A DNA stretch of 64,000 bases from Candidatus Cloacimonadota bacterium (GTDB lineage: Bacteria > Cloacimonadota > Cloacimonadia > G963667145): positions 448,001-512,000 of the forward strand of contig OY781092.1 in assembly GCA_963676615.1 (NCBI GenBank), in the 5' to 3' direction. Position numbers and translations under genes: made by a program. Position 1 is the stretch's first letter. Every line of letters begins with the position of its first letter. Below are positions 47,414-57,932 of the stretch, piece after piece. The notes beneath the pieces are model-generated. The model made no database searches and was not told the DNA's origin. It saw only the letters and a list, made by a program, of their open reading frames with translations.

Positions 47414-49743
47414 AATATTACAAACTTTATTTTGATCGGAATTTTGAAGACGGCTTGGTTTACAGCTCGCGCGAGTCTCTGCCGCTTTATGTGCGAGTTT
47501 TGGCGAAGCTGCGAGGAAAGCTAGCCACGGCGATTGTGGGCGAAGAGGTCGCCGAGCCTGCGGAATTTAAGTGTTTGCCGATTTTGGAGGTGCTGGACGA
47601 CGAGCCGATTTTGAGTAAGGAGCTGTGCCGATTGGCGGCTTGGATTTCGCGATACTACCATTATCCTTTCGGGATGTCGCTTTTTGAGGTGCTGGACAGC
47701 GGTGCGAAAGTGGATGTTGGGCAAAAAGTTTGCAAGCTAAAGGAGAAAGTTGGCGAGCGACTGCTGGAAATTTTGCCTGCTAGCGGCAGCGTAACTTTGG
47801 GAAAATTGTGCAAAGACTACGGCAAAAGCGGGTTTTACAAAAAGCTGGAGCAGCTGGAACAAGCGGGGTATTTGCGGGTTTTGCGGAGCAATTCCAAAGC
47901 GAGCCTCAAGGGCAAAGAAAATTATTTGCGGCTGGTGGAAAAAAATTGGGCGAAGCTCAAAAACGCTCCAAAGCAGGCGGAACTTTTGGAATATTTAGCT
48001 GGTTGCAAAGGGGATGTCGCTTTGGCGAAGTTGTCTCAAAAATTTTCATATTCGACGATTAAGTCGCTGGAAAATAAGGGGTTAGTCGTGCGGCTGGTTA
48101 AGGAAAAGTTTAGTGAAATTTTTGAGCCGCAGACGGCAGAAGCTGTGGAAGTCGATTTGACAGCGGAGCAGACAAAAGCTTATCGGGAGATTGCTAAAGG
48201 GCTTGATTCGCAAGCTTTTACGCCGTTTTTTCTTTATGGAAAAACGGGGACAGGCAAGACGGAAGTTTACTTTAAGGCGATGAAACGATGTTTGCAAGCG
48301 GGGAAGTCGGTGCTGTTTTTGCTGCCCGAGATTTCGCTGACGCCGCTGATGTTGCAGCGGGTCGGAGCCGCTTTTCCTAAAGAAAAAATTGCGGTTTTGC
48401 ATAGCGGATTGCCAGGGGTGGAGCGATATTTACAATGGAAGCGAGCCAAAGAGGCGCAGATCGTGATTGGTGTGCGCTCGGCGGTTTTTGCACCGCTGCA
48501 AAATCTGGGGCTTGTCGTTGTGGACGAGGAGCACGAGCAGACTTTTAAGCAGGGAAATTCGCCGTTTTACAACGCACGAGATGTGGCTCTTGTGCGAGCA
48601 CAAAGCGCTGGAGCGAGTGTGATTTTGGGCTCTGCCACGCCGTCGCTAGCCTCTTGGCACAACTCTCTGACGGGCAAATATAAACTTTTGCGGTTGGAAA
48701 ATCGTCCTTTTGGCGTTCGTTTTCCGAGCGTGGAGATTTTGGATTTGAAAGGGGAGAAAAGTTTGTTTACCCAGCGGTTTAAGGAGCTGGTTTTGGGGCG
48801 TTTGGAGCGAAAAGAGCAGGTGATAATTTTGCAAAATCGCAGAGGGCATAGCTCGTATTTGCAATGTCGAGATTGCGGCGAGCTGGTGCAATGTCCGCAC
48901 TGTCAGGTCTCGCTGAGCTATCACAGCAGCGATAGCAGCTTGCGGTGTCATTACTGCGGGTTTCAGATGCCGATGCTCAAAAAATGTCCTGCTTGCGGAA
49001 ATTACGGCTTTGCCAAAGGCGGATTTGGCACGCAGCGGATTGAGCAAGATTTGCAAAAAACTTTTCCGCAGGCGAAGATTTTGCGTGTCGATAGCGATAC
49101 GGCGGGCTCTTTTGCCGCTCACAAAAAAAATATGGAGCTAATCGAAAAAGGCGAAGTTGACATTATTTTGGGAACACAGATTGTGGCTAAAGGTTTGGAT
49201 TTTCACAATATAACTTTGGCGGTAGTTTTGCGGGCGGACGATTTGCTGAATATGCCAGATTTTATGGCTGGTGAGCGAAGTTTTGCGCTGCTTACGCAGG
49301 TGGCAGGTCGCACGGGCAGAGGCGAAAAAGTTGGGCATTTTTTGCTGCAAACCTACAATCCCGAAAATCCGTGCTTGCAGATGGTGGAGTCTGGCGATTT
49401 TGAAAATTATGCGGCGCAGGTGCTGGAATCGCGCGAGATTTTGGCGTATCCGCCGTATTCCAAGATGGTTCGGTTCGAGTTTTCGTCGTTGGACGAGAAA
49501 CGGCTGAAAAAATATTTCGCCAAAAATGCGGAGTTGTTCGAGTTTTTGCGGAAGAAAGTGAAGATTTTGGGACCGTCGCCAGCGCTAATCTCGAAGCTGC
49601 AAAAGCGGTATCGCTACCACCTGATTGCCAAATGTGAAAGCCACCAAATCGCCATATGGCTGGTGAGATTTTTGCGCCTGAATCTATCGCCGCTCTATAA
49701 CATCAAGCTGCTAGTGGATGTCGATCCATACAGTTTGTCGTGA
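47410..49743 (+). CDS. priA: Primosomal protein N' (replication restart helicase)
   Basis: GKTGTGKTEVY, LPEISLTP, DEEH, GSATPS, four CxxC zinc motifs, GTQIVAKGLDF, QVAGRTGR. Confidence 0.96.
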   Translation: MKYYKLYFDRNFEDGLVYSSRESLPLYVRVLAKLRGKLATAIVGEEVAEPAEFKCLPILEVLDDEPILSKELCRLAAWISRYYHYPFGMSLFEVLDSGAKVDVGQKVCKLKEKVGERLLEILPASGSVTLGKLCKDYGKSGFYKKLEQLEQAGYLRVLRSNSKASLKGKENYLRLVEKNWAKLKNAPKQAELLEYLAGCKGDVALAKLSQKFSYSTIKSLENKGLVVRLVKEKFSEIFEPQTAEAVEVDLTAEQTKAYREIAKGLDSQAFTPFFLYGKTGTGKTEVYFKAMKRCLQAGKSVLFLLPEISLTPLMLQRVGAAFPKEKIAVLHSGLPGVERYLQWKRAKEAQIVIGVRSAVFAPLQNLGLVVVDEEHEQTFKQGNSPFYNARDVALVRAQSAGASVILGSATPSLASWHNSLTGKYKLLRLENRPFGVRFPSVEILDLKGEKSLFTQRFKELVLGRLERKEQVIILQNRRGHSSYLQCRDCGELVQCPHCQVSLSYHSSDSSLRCHYCGFQMPMLKKCPACGNYGFAKGGFGTQRIEQDLQKTFPQAKILRVDSDTAGSFAAHKKNMELIEKGEVDIILGTQIVAKGLDFHNITLAVVLRADDLLNMPDFMAGERSFALLTQVAGRTGRGEKVGHFLLQTYNPENPCLQMVESGDFENYAAQVLESREILAYPPYSKMVRFEFSSLDEKRLKKYFAKNAELFEFLRKKVKILGPSPALISKLQKRYRYHLIAKCESHQIAIWLVRFLRLNLSPLYNIKLLVDVDPYSLS

Positions 49744-49770
49744 TTTTTTTTTAAGAAAATTGAGGTTTTT

Positions 49771-50742
49771 ATGTTGAATGTTTTGAAAAATAACAAAACT
49801 TTTTTGGGGTTTGAGGTTATCGGCTCATACACCGCCGAGGATATGCAGACCGTGGAGTTTTTGTTTGAGCAAAAAATCAAAATGGGAGCGAAAAAAATCA
49901 ACATTTTGATAAAATTGGACAAGCTCTCGCTAGACAAAAAAAGCTTGCAATTCCTTTTTAAAGAAGCGGTTTACGCTTTCAAGAATCGCAAAAGGTTCCG
50001 CAATATTGCGCTGGTGGGCAATTCGCAGGTAAAGCGGGCGATGTTCAAGCTCGACAAGCTGGTTTTTCAGGACAAGTCCAAGACGATGATCGAAAAATAT
50101 TTCGATGTAAAGCATATGGAAAAGGCGTGGCTTTTTCTGAAAAGTCCCAAGGAGAAGCTGATTTCAGCGGGTGTGCGCAGTTTTTTGAAGTTCGGGTATC
50201 ATCAGACGACGATTACCAAAATTGCAAGGCGCGCAGGGCTGACCAAGGGCGGATTTTATCACCATTTTACGAGCAAAAAGTCGATTTTCGTGACTTGCGT
50301 TATTTCGCTTTTGCAAAATTGGCAGGAGCAGCTAGCGCAGGTGGATAGCGAGAGTGCGGACTGTTTTCATTTTTTGCAAAGCTGTTTTGAGATGTCTTGC
50401 AATCTGGAGGATCAGGCAAAGTTCTCGGGCGCCGATTTTCAGGCGGTTGTGATGAATTATCAGGAGATTATGAATCTGGGAATTTTGTCGAGTAAGCGGG
50501 CGAAAAATGCCGCTACTCGCGTGCGGGAGCAGTTCTGCAAGACGCTGCAAAAACGGTTGGAGCAAGGCAAGGAGGCTGGTAAAATTCGCAAAGATTTGCA
50601 GGTGGAGAATGTGTTGGCTTTGTTTTTTGCGGTTACAAAGGGGATGCCGAATGTGGCTTTGAGCGTGGGAGAAGCTGTTTTTGCGGGTGAGGTTGAAAAA
50701 GCTTTTGCGGCGTTTTGGCAGATGGTGCGAGCGTTAGACTAG
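49771..50742 (+). CDS. SpoIIAA-like (STAS/SEC14) domain fused to a TetR/AcrR family regulator
   Basis: N-terminal ~125 aa ending IALVG...YFD...EKAWLFL; then F.KFGYHQTTITKIARRAGLTKGGFYHHFTSK TetR HTH. Confidence 0.75.
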   Translation: MLNVLKNNKTFLGFEVIGSYTAEDMQTVEFLFEQKIKMGAKKINILIKLDKLSLDKKSLQFLFKEAVYAFKNRKRFRNIALVGNSQVKRAMFKLDKLVFQDKSKTMIEKYFDVKHMEKAWLFLKSPKEKLISAGVRSFLKFGYHQTTITKIARRAGLTKGGFYHHFTSKKSIFVTCVISLLQNWQEQLAQVDSESADCFHFLQSCFEMSCNLEDQAKFSGADFQAVVMNYQEIMNLGILSSKRAKNAATRVREQFCKTLQKRLEQGKEAGKIRKDLQVENVLALFFAVTKGMPNVALSVGEAVFAGEVEKAFAAFWQMVRALD

Positions 50743-51207
50743 GTCGCGAAGGTGCTTGCCGAAAAGTTTGTGGGTGAGTGAGAGGAAGACGATGCTTCCC
50801 GCGAAAGCCAGGGCGATTTTTAGGTCGATGCCGTTTAGGGCGATGCCCAGCGTTGTGGCTGTGGCTGGCGGATGTTCGAAGTCCAAAACGACCATACAAA
50901 AAATCGCAAAGCCCACAGCGACGGACACTAGCAGCGCCGAGTAGATTGCGGTTTCGGGCAAAAATTGGTGAAAAAAAACGCCGATGAAGATGCACGAGAT
51001 TTGACCGCCGATGAGGTTGCGCGGTTTTGCGGGGACAGATTTTGGCATAGCGAAGACGATGAAGGTGCTGGCGCCGATTGAGGCGACGATAGCGATTTCT
51101 TGCAGTTGCAGATAGAGCAAGACGCAAAAAATTGTTGCGGCTGCCAAAATCGATTGCACGAGGTAGTTCTGCCAATTTTCGCAAAACTCTTTGAAGTTGA
51201 AAATCAT
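50734..51207 (-). CDS. HPP family membrane protein
   Basis: ASIGASTFIVFAMP....AKPRNLIGG and HPPA.AT motif. Confidence 0.9.
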   Translation of the reverse strand: MIFNFKEFCENWQNYLVQSILAAATIFCVLLYLQLQEIAIVASIGASTFIVFAMPKSVPAKPRNLIGGQISCIFIGVFFHQFLPETAIYSALLVSVAVGFAIFCMVVLDFEHPPATATTLGIALNGIDLKIALAFAGSIVFLSLTHKLFGKHLRDLV

Positions 51208-52199
51208 TTTTGCTCGCCTATTTTTTGCCAGAGAATCGCTTCGGCAAGGGCTATTGCGGCGATAGCTTCCACAACGACTGCCGCGCGCAATACAAGGCAA
51301 GCGTCGTGGCGACCTTTGATTTGCAAGGGTTGAATTTCGTTGTTTTCGAAATTGTAGGTATTTTGTGTTGCGCCGATGGACGGTGTGGGTTTGAAGTGGC
51401 AGCGAAAAACGATTTGGTTGCCGTTGCTGATGCCGCCGACGATGCCGCCGTCGTTGTTGGAGGCGGTTTTGCCGTCTGCGTCCAGCAGTTTGTCGTTGTT
51501 TTGGCTTCCGCAGGCTTGACTGGCGAGTGTGCCAGCGCCGAATTCGAGCGCTTTTACAGCGGGGATAGAGAAAGCCAGCTGGGCGATAATCGACTCCAGA
51601 GAGCCGAAAAATGGCTCGCCCAAGCCAAGAGGTGCGTTGTCGATTGTGGCTTGCACCACGCCGCCTATTGAGTCGCCAGCTTTTTGTGCTTCCAAAATCG
51701 CTTTTTCGATTTCGGGCTGCGAGTTTGCTTTGCCGACCGACAAAATTTCGCTGTGGAATTTTAGATTTTTGGCAACTTTTTTGGCGACTACGCCCGCAGC
51801 CACAAGGCAGAGCGTGAGGCGTGCAGAAAAGTGACCGCCGCCAGAAGGGTCGTTGTAGCCGTGATATTTTTTGTTTGCCACGAAATCGGCGTGCGATGGC
51901 CGTGGGTGCCTGATGAGGTTGCTGTAGTCTTTGCTTTTGGTGTTTTCGTTGGCGAAAATGATGGTCAGCGGGTCGCCGCTGGTGTAGCCGTGATGCGTTC
52001 CGCAGACGATTTTTGGCGCGTCGGCTTCGATTCTGGGCGTTGTGCCGATTTTTCCGCTTTTTCGCCTTTTTAAGTCTTGACTAAAATCTTCTTCGCAAAG
52101 GGAGATGCCGACTGGGATGCCGTCGATAGTGATGCCAACGCACTCTCCGTGCGATCTGCCGAAGATGCTGAGTCTAAAATTTTGACCAAATTGATTCAT
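51204..52199 (-). CDS. aroC: Chorismate synthase
   Basis: FGRSHG, RPSHAD, GGGHFSARLT, GDSIGG, NNDGGIVGGISNG, FKPTPSI, GRHDAC. Confidence 0.96.
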   Translation of the reverse strand: MNQFGQNFRLSIFGRSHGECVGITIDGIPVGISLCEEDFSQDLKRRKSGKIGTTPRIEADAPKIVCGTHHGYTSGDPLTIIFANENTKSKDYSNLIRHPRPSHADFVANKKYHGYNDPSGGGHFSARLTLCLVAAGVVAKKVAKNLKFHSEILSVGKANSQPEIEKAILEAQKAGDSIGGVVQATIDNAPLGLGEPFFGSLESIIAQLAFSIPAVKALEFGAGTLASQACGSQNNDKLLDADGKTASNNDGGIVGGISNGNQIVFRCHFKPTPSIGATQNTYNFENNEIQPLQIKGRHDACLVLRAAVVVEAIAAIALAEAILWQKIGEQK

Positions 52200-52204
52200 A
52201 ATTT

Positions 52205-52867
52205 TTACCTAATTTTTACTGTTTTTTTTGTGTCCAGAATGTAGTGTGAGGCGAGCTCGCAGGTGAGCCAGACCATCGCAAAAGACCACAGGCAGTCGCT
52301 AAAAAAGTGAGCGCCCTGCACAATCCGAGCGATGCTCATCATCAAACCGTAGGCAATTCCGCCGCAAAAGCACCAGTTGGCGATTTTTTTTTGATTTTTT
52401 TTGAAAATGTAGAACAGGCTGATGAAGTAGAAGCCAATGGCGGCGTGTCCCGAGGGGAACGAGTGCCCGCCTTGCGAGGAGTAAACCCATGCTTTGGTGA
52501 ACTGTTTTTCTTGTCCGAATTGGGCTATTTGCCGCGGGCGTGGCCGTCCGTAATGTTCTTTGAAGACGGAGTTTACCAAAAGTCCAGGTCCGAGTAAAAT
52601 CACCACGACCAAAAAAAGGCTGGCTCGTCTGAATTTTTGCCAAGATTTTCTAAAAAATCCTACCAGCAGAACGCATAAAGCGCCCACACCTAGAGTGTTT
52701 GGGGGATAGATTCCCCAATTTTTTATCTGAATCCAAGGGGTTTGGTTTTGGTGCAGCCAACTTTTTTGATAAAATAGAGCGCTGGTCTCAAGGTCGATGT
52801 TCGTCAGCCAAGCAGCCAGCGTCCCGACGGCGATGACGAAAATAATTATCCAATTTCTTTTTGACAA
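52205..52867 (-). CDS. PAP2 family membrane phosphatase
   Basis: K...GRPRP, SFPSGH, R...GAHF.SD motifs. Confidence 0.9.
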   Translation of the reverse strand: MSKRNWIIIFVIAVGTLAAWLTNIDLETSALFYQKSWLHQNQTPWIQIKNWGIYPPNTLGVGALCVLLVGFFRKSWQKFRRASLFLVVVILLGPGLLVNSVFKEHYGRPRPRQIAQFGQEKQFTKAWVYSSQGGHSFPSGHAAIGFYFISLFYIFKKNQKKIANWCFCGGIAYGLMMSIARIVQGAHFFSDCLWSFAMVWLTCELASHYILDTKKTVKIR

Positions 52868-52962
52868 AAATAGTTCCTTAAATCTTTTAAAAATAGCTTT
52901 GTGTCGCGTTTGTCGATTAGCAAAAGTAAAAATTTAGGCAAAAAATAGTGGAGAACCAAATT

Positions 52963-54900
52963 ATGCAAGAAAAAAATTTAGTAGAAGTCGCCAAGAGAGT
53001 TAGGGCAAATATTTTAATTGCGTTGCATTGTGCAGGCTCGGGGCACAGCGGTGGCAGCCTTTCGGGTGTCGAATTGATGCTGGGAGCGTATGCCAAAATG
53101 CAGTTTGATCCAAAAAATCCGCAGTGGCAGCAGCGGGATAGATTTTATTTGTCGGCAGGGCACAAAGCGCCGCTTTGGTATGTAGTTTTGGCGGAAATGG
53201 GCTATTTTCCTATCGAAGATGTGGCGAGTTTGCGAAAGCTCGGCAGTCATTTTCAGGGGCATCCAGATTGTCGCAAAGTGCCTGGCGTGGAGCTTTCTTG
53301 CGGTTCGCTCGGGCAAGGTTTGTCGGTTGCTGTGGGTGATGCTTGCGCTGCCAAAATGAACGGAAAGTCGCACAAAGTTTTTTGCCTGATGGGCGACGGC
53401 GAGCAGCAAGAGGGGCAGATTTGGGAGGCGGTGATGGCTGCGGCGCATCACAAGTTGGATAATTTGGTGGCAGTGGTGGACAAAAACGGTTTGCAAATCG
53501 ACGGCAAAGTGGACGATGTGCTTAGCCTTGGCGATTTGAGCGGGAAGTATCGAGCTTTTGGCTGGGAAGTTTTTGAGTGCGACGGACACGATATGGCGGC
53601 TGTTTTGGCTGCCTACGAAAAGGCGATTGCGGTTTGCGGCAAGCCGTCGGTGATTATCGCCAAAACTGTCAAAGGTAAAGGTGTGAGCTTTATGGAAAAT
53701 AACGCTGGTTGGCACGGCAAAACTCCAAATGCGCAAGAGCTGGAAAAAGCTTTGCAGGAGATAGGCTCGCAAGGCGTTGGAACGGAAAAAATGTTGAAGA
53801 TTTCGGCAGAGTTTCAGGCGAATGTGGAGAAAGATTTAGCGGCGAAAATGCCGAAGTTTAGTCGCGATTACTGGTGGAACGCTCAGGATGTGATGAAGGT
53901 GGAGATGAAGGCGACGCGCTCTGGATTTGGGCAAGCTCTGGCGGACACCAAAAACGAAAAAGTTTGCACGATTGGCTCGGATTTGTCTGGCTCGGTGAAA
54001 ATCGACCAGTTCACAAAAGACCGCGCTGATCGCAAAAAGAGGTTTTTTTCGATGGGAATTGCCGAACAAAGCGGGACTTCTGTCGCTGCGGGAATGAGCA
54101 AAGACGGCGATATTCCGTTTTTTAGCAGCTTCGGGATGTTTACTTCGGGCAGAGCCTACGACCAGTTGCACACCTCTATCGCTTACGGCGGAATGAACGC
54201 CAAAATCGCTGGCTCGCACTCTGGCATCACCGTCGGCGAAGACGGCGCAACGCATCAGGCGCTGGAGGACATCGCCATCGTTGGCTATTTGCCAGAGTTG
54301 ACTTTTTTGACTCCAGCGGATTACTATCAAACCGCCAAAGCAACGCAAGCCGCCATCGACACGAAAGGTCCAGTTTACATTCGCTACGGAAGAGTCGATA
54401 CGCCTTGTGTGACAACGGCTCAGACGCCTTTTGCTGTGGGCAGAGCGACGCTCTATCAATATTTGGGAGAAGCGGAAAAAATGTTGGACGCTTTTAGCGC
54501 AGAGTTTGCCGACGAAGCCCAGATGCAGCAGGTGGATGTCTGCCTTGTGGCTTGCGGAATAATGGTGGCAGAGTCGCTTCGTGCGGCTTGGATTTTGGAA
54601 AAAGAGTTCGGTCTGAAGACGGCTGTGCTGAATTATTCGACGCTGAAACCTTTCGATCAGCAGGCTCTTGCGAAAATTTGCGACAAAACCAAAGCGATCA
54701 TCACCGCCGAAGAGCATCAAAAAGGCGGCTTTGGCAATATGGTCGCTGGGCGTCTTTTGGAGATGGGTTGCCGCACAAAGTTTGATATGGTCGGTGTCGC
54801 CGACAGCTTTGGGCAATCGGCTGCGCCGTGGGAATTGATGAAGCATTACGAACTCACCGCCGAATTTATCGCCGCAAAAGCAAAAAAACTTTTATCATAA
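52963..54900 (+). CDS. tkt: Transketolase (fused ThDP-binding and pyrimidine-binding/C-terminal domains)
   Basis: SGHSGGSLS, RDRFYLSAGH, GSLGQG, GDGEQQEGQIWEA, GIAEQ, GEDGATHQ. Confidence 0.93.
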   Translation: MQEKNLVEVAKRVRANILIALHCAGSGHSGGSLSGVELMLGAYAKMQFDPKNPQWQQRDRFYLSAGHKAPLWYVVLAEMGYFPIEDVASLRKLGSHFQGHPDCRKVPGVELSCGSLGQGLSVAVGDACAAKMNGKSHKVFCLMGDGEQQEGQIWEAVMAAAHHKLDNLVAVVDKNGLQIDGKVDDVLSLGDLSGKYRAFGWEVFECDGHDMAAVLAAYEKAIAVCGKPSVIIAKTVKGKGVSFMENNAGWHGKTPNAQELEKALQEIGSQGVGTEKMLKISAEFQANVEKDLAAKMPKFSRDYWWNAQDVMKVEMKATRSGFGQALADTKNEKVCTIGSDLSGSVKIDQFTKDRADRKKRFFSMGIAEQSGTSVAAGMSKDGDIPFFSSFGMFTSGRAYDQLHTSIAYGGMNAKIAGSHSGITVGEDGATHQALEDIAIVGYLPELTFLTPADYYQTAKATQAAIDTKGPVYIRYGRVDTPCVTTAQTPFAVGRATLYQYLGEAEKMLDAFSAEFADEAQMQQVDVCLVACGIMVAESLRAAWILEKEFGLKTAVLNYSTLKPFDQQALAKICDKTKAIITAEEHQKGGFGNMVAGRLLEMGCRTKFDMVGVADSFGQSAAPWELMKHYELTAEFIAAKAKKLLS

Positions 54901-54922
54901 AGTTATAAAGGAAAAGAAAATA

Positions 54923-55786
54923 ATGAAACTACTAAAATTTTTAACTTGCGGGCTTTTGCTGGTCGCTTTTTGCGGATGTAGCATCTTTGGCAGCAGCAGT
55001 GGTAGCAGTAATGGGGATGATGAAAAAATTACAACACCTTTTGAGGGAAGCTGGGGATTTTTAGGTATAAAACTAGTTTTTACTGGGGAAAAAGCAACTA
55101 GATATGTGTATGCAGATGCGGACGAAAATTTTTATGATTGCAATTTTTTCTATTCGGAAGACAGTGCTTTATTAAAGTTTGACACAGAGGTTGATAAAGA
55201 TACTTATAATTATTATATTAGTGATGACCAACTCTATTTAGGATATTTTTCTGCTGAAGATAGTTTTTATAATTTTTTGGATTGGCAAAGAGTTAATTCA
55301 ATTGCGAAAAATAAAGCGTCTGGAATTTTGAATTTAGATGATGATACTTTGTCTTTCGACGAATCTTTTTCTATTTTTGCTTTTTACAAAGAAGAAAAAA
55401 AAACAGATTTAAAATTTGATGATTTAAAAAATTATACGGTTCAGAGTCAGAAGTTTGTCAATTTTAACGATACTACTTGGGGAATAGAATTGACATTCGG
55501 AGATTTAGAGAGTTTTAAAGACTCCACTTTGGGCATAGAGATTGAACCGAAAAGTTTTTATATAAATTTGCAAGGATATGACAAAAATTATAAAGAGATA
55601 GGGGAAGAAAAAGAGATTTATGTGCACTATCTAAAAATTAAAAGTTTTAGTTACTCTGATAATAAGATGGATGCGGTTTTTTATGATTTGAAAAAGGGTA
55701 GTGAAATCGTAGTAGATACCTTGAAGATGAGTCTTGATTTTCAGAGTTTGGAGAGCTTTAAGCAAAAGTTAAGGAAAGAAGAATGA
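54923..55786 (+). CDS. Hypothetical AT-rich lipoprotein
   Basis: Lipobox FCG-C, Ser/Gly tether, visibly more AT-rich than flanking genes. Confidence 0.7.
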   Translation: MKLLKFLTCGLLLVAFCGCSIFGSSSGSSNGDDEKITTPFEGSWGFLGIKLVFTGEKATRYVYADADENFYDCNFFYSEDSALLKFDTEVDKDTYNYYISDDQLYLGYFSAEDSFYNFLDWQRVNSIAKNKASGILNLDDDTLSFDESFSIFAFYKEEKKTDLKFDDLKNYTVQSQKFVNFNDTTWGIELTFGDLESFKDSTLGIEIEPKSFYINLQGYDKNYKEIGEEKEIYVHYLKIKSFSYSDNKMDAVFYDLKKGSEIVVDTLKMSLDFQSLESFKQKLRKEE

Positions 55787-57117
55787 AACTGATAATGAAC
55801 GCCAAAGTTGACGAGGAATTGGTCTATTTGGCTTTTTCGGATAAGATTGAGCAGATTTCAAAAAGCCCGATTCAGGGCGATTTTGAGCGGGTTTTTGATT
55901 TGCAGGGCAAGCTGCTTTTGCCAGGGGGGATAGATCCGCATGTGCATTTCAATCAGCCGGGATTTACCGATAGAGAAGATTTTGCCACAGGTTCGGCTTC
56001 GGCAGCCGCGGGCGGTGTGACGACTGTAATCGATATGCCGTGCACAAGTTTGCCGCCGATTACCAGTGTCGAAAATTTCCAGAACAAGCACCAAATAATC
56101 AAAGATAACGCTTATGTCGATTACGCTTTTTGGGGCGGTATCACTGGCGACGGATACGACAAGCTGACCGTGGAAAAGCTCTGGGACTATGGCGTTGTGG
56201 GCTTTAAACTCTACACAATCTCGGGAATGGAGAGTTTTAAAGCGGTTCCTTACGATTTGTTGTCGGAAATTTTTGCCGATTTTAGCGGAAGCGACAAGCT
56301 CTTCGCTTTTCACGCCGAGGACGCCGAAGTTATCGCCGATGCGTGCGGAAAATTCACCGCGGAACAGTTGAAAAACTGGCAAAATTATGTGCCGTCTAGG
56401 CCATCGCAAGCAGAGATTGTGGCTGTGGAAAATATTTTGAAGACGATGCAAGATAACAAGGTGCATTTTGTGCATATCTCCACGAGTGCGGCGGTTCAGC
56501 AGATTGGCAAGGCGCAAGCTGCGGGCAAAAATGTTTCGGTGGAGAGTTGTCCGCACTATCTTCAATTTTGCAAGGAAGATTATGGCAAGCTTTTGGGACG
56601 CCTGAAAACAGCGCCATCTGTGAAAGATGCGGGCGATCGAGACTATCTGCGGGACAATCTTGCCAAGTTGAGCTTTTTGGCGACCGATCACGCTGGCTGC
56701 ATCTGGGAGACGGAAAAAAGTGCCGAAGATTTTTCCAAAGTTTATTGCGGCATTCCGGGCGTGCAAACCTTTTTGACCTACTTGGTGGACGAGTTCTATT
56801 TGCCAGGAAAAATTTCGTATCAGGAGCTTGTGCGGCTCTCGAGTCAGGGTGCTGCCAAGCGGTATGGGCTTTTCCCAAAAAAAGGATTGCTCGCAGAAGG
56901 CTCCGACGCAGATTTTGCTGTGTTTGACACCGAGCAATCTTACACGATGAAGCCAGAAGATTTGCTGTGCAAGGGCAAATATTCGCCGTTTGAGGGCAGA
57001 GAGTTCCGTTGCCGTCTTGCGCAAACTTTTTTGCGGGGGAATTTGGTATATGATAACGGACTTGTCGGAGAAAAAGGCGGCGGAAAGTTGCTCAAAAGAG
57101 ATTTAAAGTCGAAATGA
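55783..57117 (+). CDS. Allantoinase/dihydroorotase-family cyclic amidohydrolase
   Basis: PGGIDPHVH, AAAGGVTTVIDMP, FHAE, HFVHIS, ESCPHYL, TDHA, GSDADF. Confidence 0.88.
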   Translation: MKLIMNAKVDEELVYLAFSDKIEQISKSPIQGDFERVFDLQGKLLLPGGIDPHVHFNQPGFTDREDFATGSASAAAGGVTTVIDMPCTSLPPITSVENFQNKHQIIKDNAYVDYAFWGGITGDGYDKLTVEKLWDYGVVGFKLYTISGMESFKAVPYDLLSEIFADFSGSDKLFAFHAEDAEVIADACGKFTAEQLKNWQNYVPSRPSQAEIVAVENILKTMQDNKVHFVHISTSAAVQQIGKAQAAGKNVSVESCPHYLQFCKEDYGKLLGRLKTAPSVKDAGDRDYLRDNLAKLSFLATDHAGCIWETEKSAEDFSKVYCGIPGVQTFLTYLVDEFYLPGKISYQELVRLSSQGAAKRYGLFPKKGLLAEGSDADFAVFDTEQSYTMKPEDLLCKGKYSPFEGREFRCRLAQTFLRGNLVYDNGLVGEKGGGKLLKRDLKSK

Positions 57118-57214
57118 TTTTTTGGAAATTGTAACAAAAACGGAAAAAATGCTTGTCACGGGCTGGCAACTTTTTTTCTTGGGAATGAAAATTTAACGAA
57201 GGAGATGCATAAGG

Positions 57215-57406
57215 ATGTCTAGAAAATGTGATGTTTGTGGCAAAGTAGCCCAAGTAGGAAATAACAGATCCCATGCTTTAAATAAGACCAAAAAAAGGTT
57301 TAAGCCAAATTTGCATTCGATGAGAGCGATGATCGACTCGCAAGTGAAAAAGGTGAAAGTTTGCAGTTCTTGTTTGCGCGCTGGCAAAGTTGAAAAAGTT
57401 GTTTAA
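57215..57406 (+). CDS. rpmB: 50S ribosomal protein L28
   Basis: [10 protein letters not shown]...[19 protein letters not shown]...VCSSCLR. Confidence 0.96.
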   Translation: MSRKCDVCGKVAQVGNNRSHALNKTKKRFKPNLHSMRAMIDSQVKKVKVCSSCLRAGKVEKVV

Positions 57407-57427
57407 CTTTTAGGTGAGGGAAAAGTT

Positions 57428-57913
57428 TTGAAGAAAATATTTTTAGCTGGAGTTTTTTGTGCAGTTGCCTCTTTTTTGCTGGCAGAAGGTCCGAAAATCG
57501 TGACTATTAACACTGCGGAGATTGCCGAAAAGTCGAAAGAGATTATCGCTGCTCGGGAACTTTTTCAGCGGGATTACAATCGCCAAGCGGAAAATCTTGC
57601 CAAAATGGAGAAAGAGATAACCGATTTGCAAGCGACATATCAGAGTCAGGCGAAAGACGCCAGCAAAGCCGAAATTCAGAAGATGGAAGAGACTCTGAAG
57701 CGGAAGATGAGCGACTATCAGGCTCTCTCGGAGAAGGTGCAAAAGAGCCTTGCCAAAAAGCAGGAGGAGCTTTTGCAGCCGATTTTGGAGAAGGTTGATA
57801 AGATTGCCAGCGAGAACGGCTACGATATCGTTTTTGATGTGGTTTCTGGCAAGATTGTTTATTCCAGCGAAAAATACGATGTGACGCAAAAGATGCTGGA
57901 TGAGCTGAATTAG
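57428..57913 (+). CDS. skp: OmpH/Skp periplasmic chaperone
   Basis: Signal peptide, KI..IN, coiled coil, A.ENGYDIVFD....VY....DVT; position before lpxD. Confidence 0.88.
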   Translation: MKKIFLAGVFCAVASFLLAEGPKIVTINTAEIAEKSKEIIAARELFQRDYNRQAENLAKMEKEITDLQATYQSQAKDASKAEIQKMEETLKRKMSDYQALSEKVQKSLAKKQEELLQPILEKVDKIASENGYDIVFDVVSGKIVYSSEKYDVTQKMLDELN

Positions 57914-57932
57914 TTTTGATGATTTTTAGAGT

